A stretch of 64,000 nt of DNA from Candidatus Thorarchaeota archaeon. GTDB taxonomy: Archaea; Asgardarchaeota; Thorarchaeia; Thorarchaeales; Thorarchaeaceae. The DNA is taken from assembly GCA_011364985.1 (NCBI GenBank), contig RDOC01000003.1, positions 158,061 to 222,060 of the forward strand, given 5' to 3'. The notes beneath the pieces are model-generated. The model worked only from the letters and a program-made list of their open reading frames with translations, did not search any database and was not told where the DNA came from. The translations under genes were made by a program, and so were the position numbers. Each line of letters starts with the position of its first letter. Position 1 is the stretch's first letter. Positions 29,241 to 37,296 of this stretch are shown here, piece by piece.

Positions 29241-29256
29241 GAAGCGCCACCGGGAG
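29238..29256 (+). repeat. att-like direct repeat, tRNA-proximal copy
   Basis: TAGGAAGCGCCACCGGGAG. Confidence 0.85.
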
Positions 29257-29469
29257 GATCATCGATCGCTCCGGAAATCGAAGCGAAGCTCGAACCTCCG
29301 ACCATTCGTCGCACACCACGGAATGTGATGCACTACAACTGTCTGGCTCTCAACCAGCCGGCTGAAAGATAACAGGCTTTAGCGGCATGGCGCAGTACGC
29401 GTCCACTGCTGTCGCTTTCGATGTAAGGCTCCCTTGGGAACCTCACCCTACCGACTGAGCCACGGTGGC
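29245..29469 (-). tRNA. tRNA-Asn(GTT) interrupted by five BHB introns (22/23, 28/29, 37/38, 43/44, 59/60)
   Basis: Exons 29469-29448, 29416-29411, 29378-29370, 29340-29335, 29304-29289, 29258-29245 join to a 73-nt cloverleaf GCCACCG TG GCTC AGTCGGTA GAGC G ACAGC CTGTTAA GTTGT TGGTC GGAGG TTCGAGT CCTCC CGGTGGC G. Confidence 0.88.
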
Positions 29470-29494
29470 TGAGTTGGCTGAGGCTGCGGATTAC

Positions 29495-29510
29495 AATATT
29501 AACATTGCTG
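29495..29510 (-). promoter_or_regulatory. Putative BRE/TATA-like promoter of the tRNA-Asn gene
   Basis: CAGCAATGTTAATATT ending about 25 nt upstream; CAGCAACGTTAATATT at the same place upstream of the 18939 copy. Confidence 0.6.
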
Positions 29511-29579
29511 TTGAGGTTCGCAACCAATGACATATCTGAGAAGATAACCAGAGAGTAGAGAGGACTCATGAGAGCCAAC

Positions 29580-29768
29580 TTATTTCTCGGTTTCCACTCT
29601 CAGTTGTATATGCCCGCAATCTAGACAGGCGTAAGCGGCAACTCGTCTGACTGTTTCACCATAGAATACGACCATATTGTTTGGATTACTGACTCCTAGC
29701 CAGCCCCAATCTAGTCTTTCACTTCCGCAGGCATGGCAGCCATCAGGCTTTGCTGTTTTTGAACTCAT
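29580..29768 (-). CDS. Small Zn-ribbon protein
   Basis: CHACGS..CLDCG. Confidence 0.65.
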   Translation of the reverse strand: MSSKTAKPDGCHACGSERLDWGWLGVSNPNNMVVFYGETVRRVAAYACLDCGHIQLRVETEK

Positions 29769-29865
29769 TATGAAGACCCATCTCCTTTTTGGATATTCTC
29801 TAAGAATCTTGTTCTTAAGTAGATGATTGCCGTGAACCTAATAACGCAAAGAGAGAAACACAATA

Positions 29866-30756
29866 ATGGATGATTCGGGTTTGAGTTTCGAAGAACGTAA
29901 TGAGGCCCTAGATAAGGGAGTGGAATATCTCCGACACGTAACACTGGTGATTTTAGCAGCTTGCGGAGCATTCTGGACAGCCACAAGAGCAGATGAAGCT
30001 GCTTTTCCTTGGATAATCATGGTTTACGGCGGCGCCATTTCTTTTACTCCAGATAGAAGAAGGAGATTCCTTAGTACTGCCAAGAGAAGATTTATTCGCC
30101 TTGACGGCTAGTTGCAAGTAGATTGGGTGGAGAGGAGAAGAATTCCAAAGGAATACTATCGAGATAGTAAGAGTGAAGAAATAGAACGGATGATTAGAAG
30201 AGATCCCCACTACAAAGATTGGATTGTGATGCGTTTTCGCTCCTCGGGCGGATTATCAGATTATGAAGACATGCTTGAGATTCAAAATGCGAAAGGGAAA
30301 AGTGTCACAGAATTATCAGAGTCAGAAGTTGACCTCTTGATCTCATCTGGAACCTTGTTTTTTGTACTTGAAAATTGTCAGAGAATGGGATTTTTCAGAA
30401 GATTCGGTTCTCGTACACCTTATGTCATACTCCTTGTACTATTTGCAGGTATGATCTTTGCCTTTGTTGTAGGGACTGTTTTCTTTGAATACATCAGGAC
30501 GCTACCAGCTGAGCAAGGATTGCTCGGATTCATTCTCTTCTTCGCGGTACTCTTCTGCTTTGCAGGAATCCTATGTTTTTCACAAAGAAACAATCATAGA
30601 CGAGAGCAGGAAGCTGATTTTGCTAGAAGTAAGCAGGAGCCTATCTCAGACGAGTTACTTGATGATATTCTTGATAAAACAGAGAAGCTTGCAGATTTGA
30701 AACAAAACGATCCATCAGAATACATCCATAGGTTGAGAGAACTGGCTGATGACTAG
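29866..30756 (+). pseudogene. Membrane protein split by a single in-frame TAG (30109-30111)
   Basis: ORFs 29866-30111 and 30112-30756 are contiguous in the same frame. Confidence 0.6.
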
Positions 30757-30842
30757 AATGACTTGAGTTGTAACGTCCAACGGCTCCTAGCGGTACCATA
30801 GCTCATTATCCGAAGAAAGATTCATCCTAGTCATGGAAAATA

Positions 30843-31244
30843 TCATTCAACTGGACGTTCAGCCGGGCTGCGGAAAGTCGTTCGACCACCGCTATCAACA
30901 GCCATCAACTTACGTCTGACCTCCCTCTCAGCCCATTGTTCAGCAGCAGTTTCCGCCCCAAGCCAATCCAATCGGAAAACGCCCTCTCTTCCTCCACTGG
31001 CGATAACAGTCACGATAAACTCTTGCCAGATAGACCGGGCTTCAATAGTTACGGTGAGTGTTAGGGTCTGCATATTTCTGAGCATTAGTTTGTCTCTCAC
31101 AAATACACCTATAGTTCCATCTTCGAAGTCCCAAACTCGGGCATATTTGTTTGAGAATTCTTTCCTAAGAAAATCTAGCAATGGATTCAGGCAATAGCTC
31201 TCAGCTTTAATCTCAATTGGAATTCCTGTTTCCCTCATATCCAA
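30843..31244 (-). CDS. Hypothetical protein
   Basis: 133-aa ORF; VIASGG..GAE motif. Confidence 0.6.
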   Translation of the reverse strand: MDMRETGIPIEIKAESYCLNPLLDFLRKEFSNKYARVWDFEDGTIGVFVRDKLMLRNMQTLTLTVTIEARSIWQEFIVTVIASGGREGVFRLDWLGAETAAEQWAEREVRRKLMAVDSGGRTTFRSPAERPVE

Positions 31245-31434
31245 TTCTCGGACGATCTGACTATTCCAAATCGAGTCAGGCCATCCTCACATACTTCCAT
31301 ATTTGAAAACAGAAAAGGATTTGCAAAAGAATCCCACAGCGTTATTTATTTTTGATCATCCATTTCTCACTTAGCAACCTAAATTAATACGGAAGATGGA
31401 TTAGGTCAGAGTTGAAACTGGAGCGATAAGGAGA

Positions 31435-31818
31435 TTGACAAATCGGATTGCGTGTCTGATGATTGTTGAGATGCCGTCAGTGGAGTTGGCAGAGAGAAAT
31501 GCCCAGAAAATGCGAAACTGCCCTCGTCTAATTCTATCGGGATTTACATCCAATTTCGCATATAATCTCTTTATCATTTCAGAAAGAGAGCGGTGGTGGG
31601 CAGAATATCCTGCTGAACATCCAGAAGTACTAGGAGCCAAGAGTGTTCATTTGGAGATTGTGGAAAATCTGCTACATCCAGATGAGTCTAGAATGAGTCT
31701 ACCCGTCGAAAGATTCGAAGTTGCTCCTTGTGGTTCGGACTGTGGGTCCTGTCCTTCACGGGAAGAATTCGATTGTCAGGGTTGTCCTGCTACGATTCAT
31801 TATATAGGGACAGAATGA
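31435..31818 (+). CDS. Hypothetical protein with Cys-rich C-terminus
   Basis: APCGSDCGSCP..CQGCP. Confidence 0.6.
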   Translation: MTNRIACLMIVEMPSVELAERNAQKMRNCPRLILSGFTSNFAYNLFIISERERWWAEYPAEHPEVLGAKSVHLEIVENLLHPDESRMSLPVERFEVAPCGSDCGSCPSREEFDCQGCPATIHYIGTE

Positions 31819-31909
31819 ACACCCAACAGCGCCACTTTTCCTTTACTGCATTATTCGCTGGTAATCACTTCTTGTAGTCCTATTCGAATCTCAAGTTGAA
31901 CTGCTGGTT

Positions 31910-32281
31910 CTATGATGAGGTTGATTCTCGCTTGCGACGTTCGGATCGACCAACAATAGGACAGCAGGCGCAGACTGATGAATAAGTAAGAAATATGACA
32001 ACAACAAACTGCGTTACACCAACATAAAACTCGGAAGGGGTCGACAATAGCTGGAACGAAAGAAAGGCAACTATAACACCCAAGATGAGAATGGAGCAGA
32101 GAGCAAAGTACAGATTAATCCGATATTCACCAGCTGCGTAGCACTTAGCTGAGCAATAGTATGTCCCAAGACCCTGATAGCGTAGCCTGTTTGTCCACAT
32201 ATAGTGTGGTTTTCCGCACCAATCGCAAAAACCTTCGCGAGTATTGTTTCTCTGTGTCAATAGACCGCCTCTTGCCTTCAA
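31910..32281 (-). CDS. Small Zn-binding two-TM membrane protein
   Basis: CDWCG..YYCSAKC followed by two TM helices. Confidence 0.6.
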   Translation of the reverse strand: MKARGGLLTQRNNTREGFCDWCGKPHYMWTNRLRYQGLGTYYCSAKCYAAGEYRINLYFALCSILILGVIVAFLSFQLLSTPSEFYVGVTQFVVVIFLTYSSVCACCPIVGRSERRKRESTSS

Positions 32282-32432
32282 GCTTACATGTCTTTATTCA
32301 TCTCAATAATCTTTGCAAAGCCTTCTTCCAACCGTAGAATGAGTACTCAACATAGGAAAAACTAATGCGGACTAGGACAGCGGAAGTTTTACCTAGACCC
32401 TTTGTTTCTTCCAGTTGTAGAAAGAACACAAG

Positions 32433-33755
32433 GTGTCCCTTATGATACTCCAGAAGTATGTGAGTCGCTTGGATGGTGATGGAAAGTTAGCCATAGTAAC
32501 GAAGAGCGTATCGAGAAATCTCGAGATGGCAGGGGTTCTAAAAGCATTGGAACCGAAGCCTGTTTTGTTCACTAATATTGCGGGATTCGAAGTGCCGGTT
32601 GTAGGGAACCTGTTTTGCACAAAGGAGCAGATTGCGAGCTACTTTGGCATTAATTCCGAAGAAGTAATTCGACTGCTGGCAAGAGCAATAGACGGCAGTA
32701 GCAGTCCAGAGATAATTGACAACGCCCCCTGTCAGGACGTGGTCGAGAATACTGTGAATCTAGATAGGCTACCAATTCTTATTCACAACAAAGTGGAACG
32801 CGGGCCGTACATAACAGCAGGGGTTGTCGTATCTTCAGATCCAGAATATGGACAAAACCTCGACTTCCACAGGGCAATGCAGCTAGACAAGAACCGAATG
32901 GTCACAAGAGTTGTACGAGGACATGACTTTCACAAGTTCTTGGAGAAGAACGGTGAAGTTGATGTTGCTTTCTGCATTGGAAATACACCGGAGATATTGA
33001 TAGCAGCAGCTACGACCGTGGAGATAGGAAAAAATGAATTGAATATAGCTAATGCGCTTGGACCAATAAAGGTCACAAGAGCTAAGACTACTGATTTGCT
33101 GATTCCTGCTGATTGTGAGTACGTTCTGGAGGGAAGAGTTGTCTGGGAGGAGAAGTACGACGAGGGGCCATTTGTAGATATCACTGAAACGGCGGATATG
33201 ATTCGACAGGAGCCACTATTTGAAGTCAAAAGGATCACCCATAGATCAAATCCCATTTGGCAAGCCCTTCTGCCAGGGCAAATGGAGCACAAGATGCTCA
33301 TGGGAATGCCTCGTGAGCCTACGGTGTTCAAAAAGGTCGCAGAGAGAGGGGTTGAGGTATTGGACGTTCATATCACCCCTGGAGGAACAAGTTGGTTGCA
33401 CATCGCAGTGAAGATCAGGAAGATGAGAGAAGATGACGGAATGAAAGCCATTGAGGGGGCATTTGAGGGCCATCGAAGCGGAAAACATGTCTGGATATAT
33501 GATGAGGATATTGACATTTACAACGAGCAAAACCGCGAATGGGCAATGGCTACGAGGTTTCAGGGAGATACTAATATGTTAGTCAAAGACAGAGAACCAG
33601 GCAGCTCTCTTGACCCTAGTGCGGAACCGGGAACGAAGCTGACAACCAAAATCGGATTCGATACCACAAAGCCGCTAGTAGTGAAAGGCAAGAACTTCGA
33701 ACGTGTAGATTTCCCCAAAGTCGAGATAGACGATTACCTGCATGATATTTCTTAG
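32433..33755 (+). CDS. ubiD: UbiD family prFMN-dependent decarboxylase
   Basis: VVGNLF, GPYITAG, NLDFHR, EYVLEG, EGPFVD, WAMATR, SSLDPS, KIGFDTTKP. Confidence 0.9.
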   Translation: MSLMILQKYVSRLDGDGKLAIVTKSVSRNLEMAGVLKALEPKPVLFTNIAGFEVPVVGNLFCTKEQIASYFGINSEEVIRLLARAIDGSSSPEIIDNAPCQDVVENTVNLDRLPILIHNKVERGPYITAGVVVSSDPEYGQNLDFHRAMQLDKNRMVTRVVRGHDFHKFLEKNGEVDVAFCIGNTPEILIAAATTVEIGKNELNIANALGPIKVTRAKTTDLLIPADCEYVLEGRVVWEEKYDEGPFVDITETADMIRQEPLFEVKRITHRSNPIWQALLPGQMEHKMLMGMPREPTVFKKVAERGVEVLDVHITPGGTSWLHIAVKIRKMREDDGMKAIEGAFEGHRSGKHVWIYDEDIDIYNEQNREWAMATRFQGDTNMLVKDREPGSSLDPSAEPGTKLTTKIGFDTTKPLVVKGKNFERVDFPKVEIDDYLHDIS

Positions 33756-34112
33756 TCAAGACAGTGCTTTTACTTCCGTTTCGGTTGTCAGAACCGAACG
33801 CATTGACTGGATGCGAATTAAGAGGAAGTTCTATGTCAGAGGGAGATAATACGCAAATTATCATAGTGAACAGGAAAACAGGATATTTGAAGAAAGCGAG
33901 TCGTTCTTGCCATTAAATCGGCAGATTGACTGTTGCTTACATAACTGTTGAACAGAAATCCAAGACATATCATACAGTGCTCAACTGCAGCGTTGTGTTG
34001 CTAAGGTTCTTTTCAAGTAGCATCGAGGCTGCGCATCTGTCTTCGATTTGTCTTGCCCACTTTAGTGCATGGAATTCTTCAACGAAGTCAGTTTCCCCAT
34101 CAAACCTTCTAT

Positions 34113-34448
34113 TTAGGTGCGTGATTTCCAGCAAGAGAGATCTTTTTGGGACACAACCCATTGTGGCTCTTGGAAAACACATCGTATGTATCGAATTTTA
34201 TTTACCTTTCTTTCATGTGAGCAGAAGTAGCAATTCTCACAGCTTCGCTCCAGCGGTGATTCTTCTTTATCTGCTAGAGCTCTTTCAGGTTTAGTGGGTT
34301 CTTTCCTCCATTTTTCTAGTTTCTTTCTTACTGACTTCTTAGTGAGCCAAACCATGTCCTCATAATCGATGTCTTCTTGACTGCCAGATTCCTTTTCCTC
34401 GTCAGAAGAGAAAAGCCCAACCATACCAACATAATGGGAGAACGACAA
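34113..34448 (-). CDS. Small hypothetical Cys-containing protein
   Basis: CENCYFC..RC..C. Confidence 0.45.
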   Translation of the reverse strand: MSFSHYVGMVGLFSSDEEKESGSQEDIDYEDMVWLTKKSVRKKLEKWRKEPTKPERALADKEESPLERSCENCYFCSHERKVNKIRYIRCVFQEPQWVVSQKDLSCWKSRT

Positions 34449-34516
34449 GATAAATCCATCTTAGCCAGAAGACACACTCTCTCAAATCTTCCAAGATGAA
34501 GACAGAGTGCCTTCGT

Positions 34517-34852
34517 CTAATTTTCGATGGACGTGACTGTCCAACTCTCAATCATCATGACTGCAGTTCTCTCCAGAGCCTTTATTCTGTGATTAGCCGC
34601 TCTCAGAACTATAATTCCCTGTCCAGACCTCAAGTTGACTGTCTTGTTCTGTATATCAACGTGTAATAGACCATTGATGACATAGAAGAAGTCGCCCTCG
34701 GCATCATGTTTATGCCAATGAAACTCACCATGAATGACACCTGATCGAACCACGCAATCATGAACCTCGCAGAACGGGATGTTCTGATGTCTCTTCTTGC
34801 AGCCCTGAATGAGCTCTGGTATGTCTATGATATCTAAAGCATTAAACTTCAT
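34517..34852 (-). CDS. Cupin domain protein (appears degenerate)
   Basis: GEFHWHKHDAEGDFFYVING. Confidence 0.65.
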   Translation of the reverse strand: MKFNALDIIDIPELIQGCKKRHQNIPFCEVHDCVVRSGVIHGEFHWHKHDAEGDFFYVINGLLHVDIQNKTVNLRSGQGIIVLRAANHRIKALERTAVMMIESWTVTSIEN

Positions 34853-34976
34853 CTATATTGATTGAACAATGAGAGCGGGAATTCATGCCAGTAGCTCCTT
34901 GAATTGTATAGAAGTGATGCCGCATTTCAAAGGTTCCTATTTTGATACTTGTTCTCTTTAATTGTAGACCCCCCCC

Positions 34977-35009
34977 AAAAAAAAAGAGCAAGCGCCAAGC
35001 CCTTGCTCT
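34977..35009 (-). terminator. Hairpin + T-tract downstream of OsmC-like gene
   Basis: AGAGCAAG-N9-CTTGCTCT preceded on + by an A-run. Confidence 0.55.
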
Positions 35010-35017
35010 CTAGACTT

Positions 35018-35473
35018 CTAACGATAAGAAACAACAAGCTCTGTCACAAGTTTCACACAAGAGCCAATCAGGCAGTTCCCTATTGGACAGTTCTTGTGTG
35101 CCACGTCAAACAATCGCTGTATCTTCTTCTCATCCACATCTTTTGGGACCGTTGCCCTGGTGTGAATCTCAATTGTTGTAAATCTGCTCTCCCCAGATTT
35201 GTCATCAGTTTCATAGTGTCCAACGATTTCAGAGTGAAGGTCCAATAGATCAACACGGGCCTTCTGGAGGGCAATTTCAAAGACCAGATTGACACAGGCT
35301 CCTATAGAAGCAAGGAATAGTTGATGCGGACTCGTAGTCCCGGGGCATTCCTTGGTCATGGGAGGCGGGCAGACTGCAGTACTCTGATAACCACCCAGAG
35401 TGATAGTGTGAATTTGAGGCACTTCTGTCTTCGTCAAGTGAGCAGTAAAGGTTGAGTTTCCCATTGTTTTCAT
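35018..35473 (-). CDS. OsmC/Ohr family protein
   Basis: TSPHQLFLASIGAC..AHKNCPIG. Confidence 0.85.
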   Translation of the reverse strand: MKTMGNSTFTAHLTKTEVPQIHTITLGGYQSTAVCPPPMTKECPGTTSPHQLFLASIGACVNLVFEIALQKARVDLLDLHSEIVGHYETDDKSGESRFTTIEIHTRATVPKDVDEKKIQRLFDVAHKNCPIGNCLIGSCVKLVTELVVSYR

Positions 35474-35677
35474 CTCGTAAATTCATTCGGGGGCTTGGAT
35501 GAGCTTAGGACTTGATACCAAGACCAAATGGCCGTGAATTCGCCATGAAATAAATGTACGGAAACGGACATGAACGCGAATGGAATTTGACACCCAATAG
35601 AGACGAGTTTAATCAAACGCGATGATGCTCGATTTCGTGATAGCATTCATTCCTCATGTATCTTCTCTCCCGTTGTC

Positions 35678-35934
35678 CTATAAACGACCTTGATGCAAAT
35701 GGTAGGCAAAAGTCAATTCAACACTGCTCCCATTCTTCCTAGGAAACGGGAAACAGCGTCTTGATCGCATTACAAGTATCCACGGACATAGAATATAGAA
35801 AGAACTCGGGCATATCTTCCCTCTGCCGTCCGAGTACGTGTGACCTACTCTCTGGATCATAGAGCACTCTCTATTCTCAAGAATATCAACCACCTCGATT
35901 GCTGTTTTGAATCCGGGCATTGACACCATTTGCA
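35678..35934 (-). pseudogene. Degenerate TIGR04076-like small protein
   Basis: IEVVDI..CS..VGHTY..ICPSSFYIL.PW; C-terminus looks decayed. Confidence 0.35.
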
Positions 35935-36055
35935 TACTAAATACCAAATAACAAGGAGCCAATCGAACAGCACAATCCAAAAAAAAGTGAGATGAGGAGT
36001 ATTATAAAAGGGATATGTTGATAATAAGCTGATTGGGCGACATTACTGACAAAGA

Positions 36056-36685
36056 ATGGGGTTTGAAAGAACAAAGGGGGGTCCAATGAGTGTTTGGTGT
36101 CCCCTAGTACCACCAGAGGATCTCTTGGGTATGGGTCTGTACAAGAGAAATCTGTCAGATGTGAGTGGTGCCTATTACGATTGGTGTGCATCCATGAGGA
36201 GTAAAACACTAGGAAGCGTTACCATGGGGGGACTGTTGGACCGCATCAGGATGTTAATGATTAGTGTAGGCATTGCCTGCGGCCAGAATCGGGAACTTGC
36301 TGAATCCGTTCAGTCGATTGTAGCCTCTAATCTTAGAAAAGGAGCGGCAAGACTGGTTTCAAACCTGCCTGCGGAAACTCCGGAAGAGCAGACGGTAAAA
36401 AAGACCCTTGCCATGTTCTTTGCACGGATGAAATTCACACGTGATATCGACCCGAAAGAGGAAATCGGGAGGGCGATTCCGAAGTCTGTTTCAACAAAAC
36501 CTGAATCGGATAGTATAGCAACATCAGCATTTGGAGACATTCTACCCCGGGGCATGTCAAGAGATCTGGACATTGATGATAAAGTTCAGGTTACAAAACA
36601 GGCAATGTATCATGGGACAGAGATAGTGAGAGTTCTGTATACACGACTCCTGAGTCCTGACCCCTACGGAAACAACAATAGCTGA
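36056..36685 (+). CDS. Hypothetical protein
   Basis: 209-aa ORF (probable start ATG 36086). Confidence 0.65.
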   Translation: MGFERTKGGPMSVWCPLVPPEDLLGMGLYKRNLSDVSGAYYDWCASMRSKTLGSVTMGGLLDRIRMLMISVGIACGQNRELAESVQSIVASNLRKGAARLVSNLPAETPEEQTVKKTLAMFFARMKFTRDIDPKEEIGRAIPKSVSTKPESDSIATSAFGDILPRGMSRDLDIDDKVQVTKQAMYHGTEIVRVLYTRLLSPDPYGNNNS

Positions 36686-36694
36686 AATCCCTGC

Positions 36695-37282
36695 TTAGCA
36701 GGAAATCATACCGTTTGAATCTGTCAAGCTATATGTCATCCTTGACACCTTTTCAAGATGCCAATCAGTAAGATGGAGCACAACCTCTACTTGGCGTTTT
36801 GTGATCTCCAACTCGATGAAGCTGGCGTCAGTTCGCCCGCTCCAGCCTCCTGTAGCTCCTGAGAGTGTCCCAGGATTCAGAAGAAGTCGACCCTTGTAAA
36901 GCATTACTTCTGATTTATGAGTATGGCCGTGTACAGCAATATTGGCACGAACACCCATAGTAATCTCCCATAGCTGCTCAAGATTTCCTCTTGGTCGCAG
37001 TTGTGTCCCATGGATTAGGAGAATTCTGAAGTCATCAATCGCAACAATCTCGTGAAAACTGTATTCACTCCCATGGTCCATGTTACCCGTGACAATATGA
37101 CATCTTGGCAGAGGAGGAAGAGCGGCACGCATATCTTGCTCACGAACAAGGTCACCTGTTATTAGTGCCAAATCATAGTTCGTGTTCTCAATATGATTGT
37201 AGAACTCCACTGGAATTGTATCCCTGCGTGTGGGAATATGTGTGTCGCCAAATACTAGCACATGTTTCATATTTGGTTTCAC
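36695..37282 (-). CDS. YfcE/MJ0936/Vps29-like metallophosphoesterase
   Basis: GDTHIP, TGDL, GNMD, IHG, GHTH, LNPGT. Confidence 0.85.
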   Translation of the reverse strand: MKPNMKHVLVFGDTHIPTRRDTIPVEFYNHIENTNYDLALITGDLVREQDMRAALPPLPRCHIVTGNMDHGSEYSFHEIVAIDDFRILLIHGTQLRPRGNLEQLWEITMGVRANIAVHGHTHKSEVMLYKGRLLLNPGTLSGATGGWSGRTDASFIELEITKRQVEVVLHLTDWHLEKVSRMTYSLTDSNGMISC

Positions 37283-37296
37283 ATTCCTTCAATGCA

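Larger units (their letters stand above)
21242..29256. mobile_element. ~8 kb element integrated at tRNA-Asn 3' end; no recognisable integrase
   Basis: Flanking 19-bp direct repeats overlapping the tRNA 3' end; ATPase and LAGLIDADG-like genes; GC-rich internal segment. Confidence 0.7.

Noticed and set aside
29259-29447. Regularly spaced ~30-nt hairpins as a mini CRISPR array
   Set aside because: The units are not repeats of each other, they are explained as tRNA introns, and no cas genes are present.
29333-29578. 81-aa ORF, plus ORFs 29027-29314 and 29128-29319
   Set aside because: They overlap the five-intron tRNA-Asn gene and its promoter and show no protein motifs.
17600-36000. Integrase, transposase or viral structural genes for the island
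   Set aside because: No tyrosine/serine recombinase, DDE or capsid motifs recognised, so it is not called a provirus or IS.
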